From Marsupella aquatica (lineage: Eukaryota; Plantae; Marchantiophyta), in NCBI GenBank assembly GCA_973895155.1, contig OZ316896.1:16285752-16349751 (forward strand): 64,000 bases of DNA, in the 5' to 3' direction. Under the pieces are notes generated by a model. The model did not search any database. It saw nothing but the letters and a program-made list of their open reading frames with translations, and had not been told where the DNA came from. A program made the position numbers and the translations under genes. Of this stretch, positions 22,656 through 35,030 are shown in pieces; position 1 is the stretch's first letter; each line of letters starts with the position of its first letter.

Positions 22656-25600
22656 GGAAGTACCGTAGTGGGTATGACCAGGTGAGGAGGACACACGAAA
22701 GAAGAACAAGGAAGTAACCCCCCCCCCCCCCCCCCCCTCTTTTTTTTAAACAGTTTTCCCCTGCCCCAATTAAAGGATGCAGTTTCTCGGGGTTTGATGA
22801 TAATTTATATTTTCGAGGAGGCAGGATTTGTTTTCTAGTCCAGTTTTTGGTTGATTGTTGTGTGGTGGGGTATTTTCCTTTGGGGGAATGGAGGGGCAGC
22901 TTTTTAAAAGTAGGAAAGCCAATTAAGGTGCCAGTATTCTTAAGCTGGTCGTTGCATGGATGGGGTAGAGGGTGGTTATTTATTTTGGCCTCCCTTGACT
23001 CTTCCCGCTTTGTCACAACAATTGGATCCACATCACAATTACTGATTATTTTCTCAATTTCCCTCTTTGCTGCTTGTTCTCCCTCTTGCCTTCCTTTCCC
23101 AGCCCTCTCTACACTGGCCAGACCATGGGCAAGGACCCACTTCACACCCCTCTACTGACAACATGGCCATACAAGCCCAACCTAAAGACGCCTTTGCTCT
23201 CCTTCTGCCCACCGCTGAGTGACTCCCCAACTCCTTCCGCCCCACTGCCCGATGGGCTTGTCCAACACCACAGGCCGTCCCCAACTCATATTGGAGTTTG
23301 GGGGCCGAGGGGAAAAGGAAAGAGTAAGGAGTAACACAACCAAAGAGGAAGGAGAAGAGAAAGGAAATCAAAATGGGGAGGTAAGATTAGCCATACTACG
23401 ACTCTCACCTCAGCTCTTGCCTACACCTTGGCCGACACTCACTGTTGCTGGACTCTCTGTAGGAGTCACCCATTTGCCATCTTCCACCCCCTACAACTTC
23501 ATCAACTTCCATATTGTGTGATTACAGGGATTTATGCACTGACAACAGTTTTGGAATGATGCCCTTTTCCACAATGATAGCAGGAGGAGGGCATTGGGAG
23601 CAGTGGGTGTGTGAGAGGGAGGAGAGAAAGGTGAGGGGAGGGGGAGGGTAAAAAACAAAACAAATCTCCCAGCCTCCACCTAGCATCGTGACTGCATTTG
23701 CCTATCTGCTGTAGTCTATCTCACTCTTGCCCCCCATCACTTGTACATGACCGGAATGACAACATAGACACAGCAACTAACTCTTGCCCCCGCCACTTCT
23801 ACACCAACAATATGGTCGCAATGACAACATACACAACAAGTATCCTGCTAAGCAAATTCATTGTGCTAGTCTAAACATATTAAGGTTACTGTGATTTATT
23901 TCCTTACATTGTTTAACTAGCTAATGAATATTACATCCCGTAAAGTTTCCTCAATGAATATTATATCCCAGGAAGTGTATGGTCCCTTGTAAAACAGTAA
24001 CGTTATTTGCCAGCAAGTTTTCATACAAAGTTCTTATGAAGGCAAAGATTGCAGAAAGAGTTCCGACAAGTGGTTAAACAGTTCAGTTGGCGATGAAAAC
24101 TCCCATAGTGACTCAAAAAAATGGACTCGATATGTCTAAAAACGAGAGTCCGAACGAACAACTAGAGACATTGTTTCACAGCCCACCGTTGCCAACTAAG
24201 CTACCACGGGTAGAGGTTACCATCCTTGCAATTCATAGTAGTGCCCAGCACTTCTCATGATGGTGTAAATTGCTGGACTGGTGTCTTGCTAAATAATTCA
24301 CCAGCTCACAGGACAGAACTCAAACCAATTGATAAAGCATACTGTAGCTTCATTTCAAGATAGCCCCAGTAGCACCCAAAGCATAAAGGAAGGCGGCATT
24401 GACATTCAGAGTAATGATTATGAATGGCCCTTCGGTAATTCCCGACCTCCCCAAGCAGCATTACGCATTTGTGCAATCTCTTACTGGTAGCTTATGTGCT
24501 CCTCGTTCGAATAGAAAGTTTCCATGCCGATTGCAACAGTCATGCCCAAGAGCAGAGATAAAATGTACCACAGACAAATATTTGGTGTCAAGGTGACATC
24601 ATGCCATCGATTCCATCCCTTGGATACGTGTGCAGTCTGCTGCCAAACCAAGTTATCTGTAGAAGATGACAAACGGACGACAGAGCCAGGTACCATCACT
24701 CTTTTACATCTTCAAAAATTCGGAGTAATCAAGGACCCAGTTTTATCCTCTAGTTGAATCCACTCCTGGAAGTTCGAATCAGTAAAATCCTTCCATTGAA
24801 TGCCAGTCGTACCAACTTCGAACTCTGGAACCCTGTGCCACATTGTTTCCATTGCTGCTCCTACGTTCCCATAGTAGTGTCAAGAGCTGGAACGGTCCCA
24901 TTTTTGACAGCACTAGCTGAAATTAACTTTTGCCGGGAAGACTAAGAGATTAGACAGTACACAATTTAGAGTTCCACAGCCCAGTTACAACAGATCCCTA
25001 GACAACACTCTCTGACGCATTGAATAGGTTTTGAAAGACCCAATTTCGAAAAGGTAGTCTGGCCCAGATACAGGAAAACAAACACGAATACAGAGAGTCA
25101 CTCGAACCTCACAGGTCTCCAGTTGCTATGGATTCTAAACTGTCAAATGTACTAGTAGAAGACGCGACATTCTAGATTTATGCAAGCTTGGACAAAGATG
25201 TATATATCAGCCAGGATAGTAATATCTCCCCCAGACAGCGAATTGCAAACTCATCAAAACATACAAGTTGTAGGAGTGAAACAGGACTTGCGTTATTTCA
25301 TTATTGATTCATGCGTCAAAAGGGCAATCCAACGATAACGACATGCGGACTGTCAGCAAGAACGGATTCTCCTCAGCAAGACCTAATATATGCTAACATT
25401 TAGACGATCCCTAGGGTAAAGGCAGAGTAAATTAAAAGCAGGCAAAACTGCACAACAATCAGAGGGATACATCCAATAAGTTATGCACCACGACAGGATC
25501 GAACACAGTGCCAAATAGTCGACGAAAGTCTTCTTCTTTGAAGAAACGCGTATCATTCTCAGACCATACTATTGGCTCTTTTATCTTGGATGCCAGCACA

Positions 25601-27206
25601 AGCTTCAACTTCCATAGCTATAGGCCAATGACAGGAAACCGTGTCAGTAATGGCGTACAACCCTGGTAGAAGGGTCCGCAATACGGTGTGCTTTGACTAT
25701 CAAAACCCCTGCGAGTATTTCAGACAGGGCATCCAAGCAATGGAAAGACATCCTACACCTCCATTTTTCCCTAGTGAACCAGTCCATAAGAGTAAGGTGC
25801 GCATGCGAAATTTCATTCACTATGCACTTGTCAAGAGCATTCTACATCTTCAAGTTGAGTACCTAGAAACTACTACTCGCTCCCAGAGGAATATAAACTA
25901 CAGTGGTCTTCGAAATAATGTGGACTACTGAAATACTTAGGCTTCCTGGAGCATCTAACTGCTTGGAAAATTCTAGAGCCTATTAACCTATTATGCATCT
26001 AAGCATAAAGCCATCAACCGGATCCATTCAATTTGAACCGTCACCTTCAAAGTGCCACATCTGCTGCCCATAGCAACGCCTTCCTAGGTCATAGATAGAA
26101 AGGAGCAATAGATCCTAGATTTCTTAGTTTTGAAGGTCATTCAGGATGGGATCAAAATCTATCACTCGGATGCACTTACAAAGCCGCAGGAGAAAGGTGA
26201 CTTGCGACCAGACACTATGCCATCACGTCGAACCAGGATATAACTCCACATTCACGACTCGTCGACTCAAAGCGTAAAGTTCATGCTGCCAAGGAGACCC
26301 TCAAATACTGAAGACACTCCAGCATATCGAGACCACCATTGCAGAGAAGAGCCAACTCTTTGACGACCACTCCCAACTGAAAACTATTACTGACAGCCAG
26401 GGCATGAGGTAATTTAATCAAACTCTGATTCAAGCTGATACATGATCATTGTAGGACACTGTACGGTTAGTTATTAACAGTCACGTATTACTGCTCTCCC
26501 TTTAATTGTATTATTAATATATTCACACCAATTAAGTAGTACACTCCCTTATTTACAGGAAAGCACCACCTGAACAATAGAGACTCCTCACCACCCTTCA
26601 TCATCATGGCACCCAGTACAAGCTCATGAAGGTCTCTCTGCAGGACGAGAAGCTTTTGACACTTAGCAAATTAGATGGTATGGAACTTTCAAAACCCAGC
26701 ACACTCGCAGCCGACGCCTGCTGGTTTGCCCTATCCAATTGGAGCTTAGAAGGCGATCTGTCGTCCTAGAAGCTACCAAAGTAATTGCTGAGAGTCGCTT
26801 AACCTTCTCTGAGAAAAAATGCTTGACGGATATTCAGGAAGGTTTCATTCATCTACAACAACGCATACAAGGATTTTCATGAGTTAAGCACAGAAGGAGT
26901 TGACAAGCACAGCATTGGCTTATGCGAAGCCTTAAAAACCTAGGATCATGTATTGGAGCTCAATCCAAACCTTTGCAAGAAGCAGCTAGGACAAAAAACA
27001 GTTTTCTTTAAGATCCAGCTATTGAATGCTGCAAATTGTCCGTGTTCTGCACCAAACCCTTATTTCATTTGAAGTGTTCGAAATTTGCAACGTTTCTAGC
27101 TGTCCTTCATTCCTGAAAAGCAAATCTCGATCTCAAGCAAGGAAAAGTACACTCAAAGAACCCGTACTTTCCTTGCTTGAATCCAATCACTTTCAAGGGG
27201 AGCGAT

Positions 27207-28126
27207 TTATGTTGTACCTTTATCACCGGTGATGGGAGGAGCTTCATCAATATCCTGATCCGGTTGCAAAGCATAGATTTTTACCAAGTACCTCTTTTGT
27301 CCAGTAGTGCTACTTTCTGAGCCAGAATCAAAACCATTGCATCCAACAAGAGATGACACTCCCTCCTCATAGACAGCTCCAATTTTTGCTTCACACTGAC
27401 CACATAGAAGTCTTGTCTTCAAACGATGTAGTCTCCAAGAGGTCGGAGATTCACAATACAGACCGCATCTCAGCTCATCATGGTGCTTGAACCGGGTTTC
27501 ATCTATCGATGCAAAAGAGATCAACCCTTTCTTCGTTTCCTTTTTAAAATCGGAGCCCACCGATCGGTTGGAAGAGCATAACTTCAAAGGATATCCGCAT
27601 GTCCCACAACTGCAGTAATGAATTGCTTATCTTAGGTGCCCGCAAATTGACTTGAAAAAGAATACCACAAAATTCAAGCAAAATGATCTGTTCCTCGTAA
27701 AGACAGATTCACATGAAGTGCTCAGAGAACAACAAACGAGTAAATGCCTTATTCGTAAACAATAAAATTCCACGATTGCTCATTCAAGCAACGTCACGAA
27801 ATTACACTTAAATAAACGCAATCATAATCATCAGGGTTTGACTCAAGAGAAATCCATCCTCTTCCAAAAATACTCTGTTAGTAGGTCAAAAGGGGCCTCT
27901 AACTTTCCATCACCCAAGTTTCACACGCACGGCCAGCGCAATTTCACAAAAAACTTTAGAGTATGGCCTACGAAAAGAAATATATTTGCGAAATATATCT
28001 TTTTCTTGCATAAATATTCAAGCTAGGGGAGGAGGGCCTCTCCTACCACAAGCGAAAGTAAACTCTAGTCGAGATTGCGACGGTCCGGAATGGAGCTCAC
28101 CTGTAGAAAACTTCCCTCATCGCCAT
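27207..28126 (-). CDS. At4g08330-like uncharacterised protein (two CxxC pairs, Yippee/Mis18-like Zn ribbon), ~142 aa
   Basis: Exon 1 28126-28101 (ATGGCGATGAGGGAAGTTTTCTACAG|GTGAG) joined to exon 2 27609-27207 gives MAMREVFYSCGTCGYPLKLCSSNR...KKGLISFASIDETRF...KTRLLCGQCEAKIGAVY...KRYLVKIYALQP. The C-terminus may instead be spliced at 27218. Confidence 0.85.
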
Positions 28127-29498
28127 GGTGAGGCACCCCCTCTTTCGTCAGGGGGAGGCAACAACGTAGAAGGCAACAACAAAGAACATTTCCCGAGAAG
28201 GCCGACCTGCAGAGTATTTCCCCACCCTACCACTGTTCGATAGATTTCCCGGAAGGACAGACCGAGAACCTTAATAACAAGCTGCACAGAACTCCGTCAC
28301 AAGCTCTTGAGCTGAATTCCGAATCCTGACTTCGCGCAGTCTGAAGAATTCCACATTTGACATACTTTAACGAGATTCTGGCCCCGCGACCACATCCTCG
28401 TTTTGCTGCATGCACTAATTTTTCCTTGCTTTCTGACAAAAAGTTCGAAACCTGAAATCACCATCAACCGGGGGAACCTCAAACGTCGCTCCAAAGTCCT
28501 TCAGCAAATCTTCACAATAGTGCACTCGCTGTTTGCCCCAACTTTCCTCTGTGGTCGAGCCTTTCAAAAAATTCTAGAGGACTAACTCCTTATGGTGTCA
28601 TATCCTCAACTGCTTTCCGCCATTCCGTTCTGCAAACCCTGCCTGATTCCATCTATCCATTTCTAAACTCAGGCCAATCCAACCACCGACTCATGAACCG
28701 GACGAAAAGGACATCGTCGGTGAGACACGCGGCGCCCTTTCTTCTCTGAGAAACTATCCAGCCGCTGCAATTGCTGAGCCCGAAATTTCGAGTAGCAGCA
28801 TCAAAGGGAATCCCTCCAGAGACACTGGGCGGTGACGCACTATGGGAGACAGAGCCTCGCCCGCTCGTGAGCTGGCCAACCTCTCACACGGTATGCAGAT
28901 CCGCGCATTCGAGGAAAGTGTTTCGAGCACGAGCGAGGCAAGACGCCATTCTGCATAAAATAATAGCTCAAGAGGCAATCGAGAGGCGAAGCGAGAGGGC
29001 GGTATTTCAAAGACGGTTGCGAGAGCGAGAGGAAGGGAGCGAGACAAAGGACGAGCTGGGGGACAGCTAGCAGAAAAGAGGCCCACTGAAAAGCTCCTTT
29101 TTAGTCGTTTCCTTTGTTGTCCTTTCTCGGTGATCGAAAAAGAGAAACGAGTTTTTATCTATCTATCCTTCTAGTCTATCGCCGATCATCCACGAGCAAC
29201 AGAGGGGAGCAGAGCGAAGAGCGAAAACTACTACTACCTGCTTCTCAGTGCTCTGCCATCCAGCCACCGAACTGATCGAAGTTTTTGGACGAGGATTGCG
29301 ATGCGCTGCGTGCCTCTCGCTCCTCAGCAGCTCGAATGTACAAGGAAGGGGCATCCGAAGGCAATCATTCGTACCAAGATCCTACAGCTGCTCGGCCGTG
29401 CGCTCTCGCTTTCATCGATGCATCACACTAGTATCACTAGTACTGCTGCTGCAAGCCCTGCTCGCTGCCAGTCGAGCCGAGTTGACTGGAGTCGCGCG

Positions 29499-30299
29499 GG
29501 TGACACTGTAGGGGTGTCAACACTGGCGTATGTGGCCGTTTGTCATACTCTCCCCACATGAGCTGGTGACGCTGTAGGGGTGTCAACGCTGGCATATGCG
29601 GCCGTTTTGTCATACTCTCTCCTAATGGCTAATGAGCTCCTGACACTGTAGGAGTGTCAACGCTGGCGTAGGCGACCGTTGTGTCATACTCTCTCCTAAT
29701 GGGCTTCTGACACTGTAGGAGTGTCAACGCTGGCGTAGGGGACCGTTCTGCCACACTCTCTCCTAACGAGCTGCTGACATGGTAGGGTGTCAACATTGGT
29801 ATGTGTGGCCGTTGTGTCAGAGTCTCTCCACATGAGCTGGTGACACTGTGGGGTGTCAATGTTGGTGTAGTTGGCCGTTCTGTCATACTCTCTTCACATG
29901 AGCTGGTGACACTGTAGGGGAGTCAATGTTGGTGTATGCAGGCGTTGCGCCATACTCGCGCTGGGGACAGCCTTTACATAACCATTGTAGGCAAACTTGG
30001 CTTTTGTCAGGCGAGGGCTGGTCTGTCATACTCTTTCTCTCCCTCATGAGTGGGTGACACCCCTTACTTTACTAGGGTGTCAGGAGTGGCTTTGGTATAG
30101 TGGTTCTTCCGTCATACTCTCTCTGCCCACGAGCTGGTGACACCCTTGACTTTACAAGGGGTTCAAGTGTCAACAGCCTGGTGGCACTCTTTACTTTACT
30201 AAGTGGTGTGCAAGGTGGCTTTTGGTATGGGGAGGCCCTTCTGTCATACTGTAACTCCCTTTGAGCTGTTGACACCCATTAGTATGGGTGTCACACTAG
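29499..30299. repeat. Tandem array of ~66-bp units, each with a TGACAC-Nn-GTGTCA palindrome (7 regular units plus ~3 diverged longer units)
   Basis: Consensus TGACACTGTAGG(G/A)GTGTCAACGCTGGCGTA.G.GGCCGTT.TGTCATACTCTCTCC..ATGAGCTGG. Units start at ~29501, 29567, 29641, 29708, 29775, 29841, 29907; diverged units at ~30055, 30138, 30270. Confidence 0.92.
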
Positions 30300-31031
30300 C
30301 AAATGCCTTAACCCCTGCTGTAGTTGTACCTCGGTTTGTGATCCTAACCCCCAAAAGGTATTTGAACTTGCTTCCAGAATTTTGCAAGTGGCAGGCCATG
30401 AAAATTTCCCCTAGCCCAAAAGTTTTCTCAGTGTACTTTTCCAGTGTTTCATTGACACCATGCCAAAACATGTCTTTGTGGGCTATTTCCACTGAAACAC
30501 ACTCTCCTGGGCAGTTCTCCTCATGTAAAGTTTTTCAGACTCTTGTGTCTCAAATTCAAATTATTTTCCATTTTCCAAAACGGCCTGCGTATCCTTCCAG
30601 CCCACCTTTTTTGGAACATCAGATTTTTACCTAGGGTGCCAAAAAATTTGTTCCATATCTTTGCATGAACTTAATTACCACCATGCAAAAACTGTGCATT
30701 TGTCTTTGACACCGTAGCTGGCCCCTGGCCCAGCCAGCCGGAGCACAGATGATCCTCCCCTAGGCATGATTCTGGCTAGAATTTTCTATGTTGGCAAAAT
30801 TCCCAAATTCTGGCAGCAATTACAAAGGGGGATCATGGGGAGGTTTTGAACAAACATAGCTCTGCCTATTGCCAGATATTCTCACAGTTGGGGGAGCTTG
30901 AGGCCCACCTTGTCCCACTGGCCCCACCCTCACTGGCCATCTTCTTATTATCTGAATCATTTTGTATGGGCAAAAATTTGTCAAATTCTGACCCCAAGTT
31001 ATCCTAAATTGTCACCTGGTCTCTATCAAGG

Positions 31032-31800
31032 CCTGGTTTGAAGTGACGGGCAACTTGCCCGTAAACTCGGCATTTGCCGGACTAAAAAGTCTCTATTTGA
31101 TGCATATTTGCACTAATTCTCCGGCCCGGCCCAAACTTCTCCGGCCCGGCCTGAACTCTTCCCGGCCCCCCCCCCTGGACCCTGCCACCCTTCCCGGGTC
31201 CGGCCTCCTCCCGTCCCGGCCCGGACTTAACCATAGAATTGCACCCAGCCCCTCACCCAGACCCAGCCCGGCCCCTCCCTGCCCTGCACCCGGCCCGGCC
31301 CGGCCTGGCCTCCTCCCTTCCTCCCTGCTGACCTGGCCCTCCTCCCCTCCTCCCGAACCCCTCTTCCTGAACCCCCCTCCTCCCCTCCTCCCCTCCTCCC
31401 CCTCCCGAACTCCCCCTCCTCCCTGCCGGTCCGACCCACCCGACCTGGGGCCTATTAATAGGGAAGACCGGGGGCTGGGGCTGGGGCCAGGACTGGGGGA
31501 GTCAAAAGAGGGGGGAGACCGGGGGGGGGGGGCGCAGGCTGGGTGCAGGGGTGGAGGGGAGAACTCAGGCCGGGGCCGGGACTGGGGGATGGGGCCGGCG
31601 CCTGGACCGGGGGATTTTGCCGGGCAATTTAGGCCGGGATGCTCGGGCCGGGAGAGGTTTGGGTCTTTCAGGGCCGGCCGGTTCGGGCCGGGAGGTCATG
31701 GCTGGATGGAGCCGGGATACGGAGACCGGGACGATCCGGGTGCCGACTTGCCGGTTGACAGCCTCTAAAGGCTCTATTTGCCGGGCAAGTCCAAACCGGG
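31032..31800. mobile_element. 769-bp GC-rich non-autonomous DNA transposon with 8-bp TSD (hAT-sized TSD, atypical termini)
   Basis: TATCAAGG at 31024-31031 and 31801-31808. Imperfect TIR CCTGGTTTGAAG-TGACGGGCAA versus CCCGGTTTGGACTTGCCCGGCAA (17/23 by eye). Many CCGGCC/GGCCGG subterminal motifs in opposite orientation in the two halves. Confidence 0.8.
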
Positions 31801-34332
31801 TATCAAGGAGAAGTGTTGTTGGCCAGAAAACAGACCTTGGTTCGAGGAGAGATAGCCACCACTCCTGAAATGTAGTTTCATAATAAGGTGGCCCCTCCTT
31901 ACAGAAAAGAATACGCTTCCCCAGTGCAGCTTCAGAGCAGATTCTTTAGCAGACCAAACAATAAGTTGAACGATACAATTTTGACAATACAATAGAATTG
32001 CAAATATATTTTGTGGCTACTTTCGATGACATGATTTTCCACAAGACATCTTGGTTTGCGGGCTTCCATCATTTCAACGGAGCTACAGTTCAGCCAATTA
32101 AAAGAAGCACTCATTCTAGCCCTAGCGTAGTAGCGTCTGTGACTGTGGGAATCAACCAACAACAGAACATCACAACCGCACTGTAGTTAATTATTTACTA
32201 AATCCAGGTTTCGTGGTCGGGCATTGAACGTTCTGGATCTCACCTGCGCGGCCTCTGGCTTTAAAAGGCCAGACACTTGTCGACTCCCCCTTATCCACAG
32301 CTGTTTGGCCTTTCTTGGTCCCCGGCCTGTCTTGCCTTTTAGCTCACACAAACAAGACCCCTGGCGTTGGGAGTTTGCAGCCCCTAGAAGACCACGTAAG
32401 CCTGGGTTCTATGGAGCAGATCTCGGGGCCCTCACAAACTTTGGCTTTTGTGAAGACTTTGAAGACTATTGTTTTCCTGGATGTACCAGAAACCAGGCTT
32501 TTTGCTGGACAGGCCCCATTATCACGAGAAACCAGTAAGCAGGTTGAAAATACCCCCCAAGAACCAGGTGTAGGCCTTGCGAGACCACGATGTGAGTATT
32601 TGTTGTTATTCTAAAGCTTAGACACCTACTGTAGACATACTCTGTCGACTAAAGTGTTTGTTGGCACAAGGGACTTGCTCCTTTTTGGCTCATTGGTTTT
32701 CGTGTGAGTTTCACTTGTTTTATCCCCTTTCTTGGATTTTGATATCCTATCTCCTCATTTGGTGCTTTTTGTTTTTTAATATAATTATATCCTGTGCTTT
32801 TACTTTATTGTTCGTTATTTGGCTCTCTCATAAGTAAATATGGTCCCCTTCTTATACAATGTCAAAACAGCACGTACTTTTTAGACTCAGGATATTAAAA
32901 ACGACACCTCGGTAAGTGCGAGGGGTCTGCTACAACAATGGCTATGTTACAACAATATATTCTGAAAGAAAAGCTCCATTAGACAGAAAGGTTCGAGAGG
33001 GTGCTCAGATGGACTCACTATCGGTAGTCTTCTTTAACTCTTTGCTTGGCCTCACATGGTGGAAGTCAAAAAGTCTAAAATAGGGTTGATTTTTTTTGTC
33101 AGGCCCACCACCACAGAGAGTGCAACAATAAACAAGGAGGCAAGAACACGTCACATACTTTAGTGTAGGCCAGGCACTAATTAGCTTAGGTGGTACAAAT
33201 GATTTTTGGTACGATTTCTTCCTTCCATCAAGTTACTGTAGATAGATGGAGGTCTCTACTGAGATCAACTAGCTTACGGTAGGTTCCTTCAACCCCTTCC
33301 AGCCAGGCAGAATGATGTGTGACAAGCCCTTGGAAATTGGTCCGCTGTGTTCTTCACCCATTATTGCATGGCCTGTACTGTTGACCTCACATCCCAAACC
33401 TCAGTTGCCCAACTTAACCCGAAACAGCTACTCTTGTTTTCACCTTGAAACTCCTCAATGTTCCCCATGCCCTCCTCTCTCCCTCCCTTGCCTCCTTTTC
33501 CCTGGGGTGGCTAGATGCAAGCCAAAGCAACGTTGGTGTGCTCTAACCTACAGTGGGCATTTACCAAAGTTTTACCTTGCAGTATCCAGGGCACCCCCAA
33601 GTCAACATCTCCTAGAAAGCGGAATTATTAGAACTCCTTGGGTCCCACTCTTAGACAATGCCCACCTGCCCATTTCCATTTAGGTGTCAAGTCTTTCATG
33701 TGTAAAGAGCTTTGGGAAAGCCCTTTTTGGGATGGGTTTTGTGCAAGAGCTGGTTGACTTATTTAGCTTGAAGTCAGAACATCACTTGCCTTAGTGAAGA
33801 TTGCCACCACTGGTCTAATCTTGCTAGGACAACTACTTTGTGTCTAGCAAACTCTACACTTATGTGGATTTGTGTACCGTAATTAGCAACTTGAAATTAT
33901 TGCGAAGGCATACATCCTCATATCTTCACCTTCTGTGCGCAATGACTAGCGCCCAATAATGGGCACCATTGAATGGCTGGACCCCATTGACAAAAGTAGT
34001 TTTCATGAATTGCTTGTCCATCCACATTTTCCAGTAAGAATTTGCCAAAGTCTACCTCACTGAGAAGTCTCAGTTGGCCACTTTTGGCAAAATTTGCCAG
34101 TACCTTCAAATTGGCAAAATGGGGTACTGGCAAATTAGGTACTATTAATTTGCCAGTACCTTCATTCCTTAGTTTCTTTAAGGTTCCCTATTTTATTGAC
34201 CATTTTAAGGGGCATTTTTCCTTACTTGCATGAGAAGGTGAGACCCTTCAATCAAGCAACTAGGATTCTGTTTATGGATGCAGTGCAACTTATATGTCCA
34301 CTATAAACTGTACAAGGTTTATGGTGTATTGA

Positions 34333-34466
34333 TCAACATGTGTCATCTAAATAGGGAGCCCCACTATATAGAGCACAAAATTAAAAAAGAACAAAGTTAT
34401 CAACAAGTGTCACCTAAATAGAGAGCCCCACCAATTAGAGCAAAAAATTAAAAAAGAACAAAGTTA
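34333..34466. repeat. Two-copy 67-bp tandem duplication
   Basis: TCAACA.GTGTCA.CTAAATAG.GAGCCCCAC....TAGAGCA.AAAATTAAAAAAGAACAAAGTTA occurs twice. Confidence 0.88.
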
Positions 34467-34616
34467 AGGTATTTCTCTTTGAATCACAAAATACTATATC
34501 TATACATTGGTTAGTACATTCAAACTAATGCACTTGTCCCACCCATAAAGTATTATATTTCTCTCACTTTCAAAAAAGTGTGCATTTTTTAAAATTATTT
34601 TTCTTACAATTATTCT

Positions 34617-34789
34617 TTCAATATTTGTGTTTCATGAACCAGTCAAATTAAAATGTCTCCTCACATGAACTCTTAATTTCAATATCTGTGTTTCATAAAC
34701 TACTCAATTAAAATATCTCCTCACATGAACTCTTAATTTCAATATCTGTGTTTCATAAACTACTCAATTAAAATGTCTCCTCACATGAA
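34617..34789. repeat. 3 x 60-bp AT-rich tandem repeat just upstream of PRP18
   Basis: Unit TTTCAATATCTGTGTTTCATAAACTACTCAATTAAAAT(A/G)TCTCCTCACATGAACTCTTAA; copies 2 and 3 are nearly identical. Confidence 0.92.
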
Positions 34790-35030
34790 CATGAACTCTT
34801 ATAATGATTGTTTTATTAGGATGAACATGCTATACTTATATGAAATGAAAGAGACTCTGTTTGTTAGGTTTGCCCCCTCTACCCCTCTAGTGTAAAGTGC
34901 CCCACCTCCAGATCGATTGTGGCAGAGACTCTGTTTGTTGGGTTCTAATCGAGGGACAGAGTTTTGCATCGCGGTGATTTTCGTTTCTCGAAGTGGAGGA
35001 GCCGAAGAATTTGGAAGGGGATCGGGAGCT

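Noticed and set aside
22522-23145. 207-aa ORF with poly-Gly
   Set aside because: It crosses a C20 homopolymer and a tandem duplication in a TE-like block, with no protein motifs.
29499-30299. CRISPR array interpretation of the palindromic repeats
   Set aside because: The sequence between palindromes is homologous from unit to unit (no unique spacers), there are no cas genes, and the context is eukaryotic.
30270-30300. Canonical Helitron 3' end (hairpin + CTAG)
   Set aside because: CTAG is only 2 nt from the hairpin (typically ~10-12 nt) and is followed by C rather than T, so it is not called as a feature.
31043-31768. 241-aa Pro/Gly-rich ORF
   Set aside because: A by-product of the C-rich/G-rich TE interior; it has a non-ATG start and lies wholly within the TSD-bounded element.
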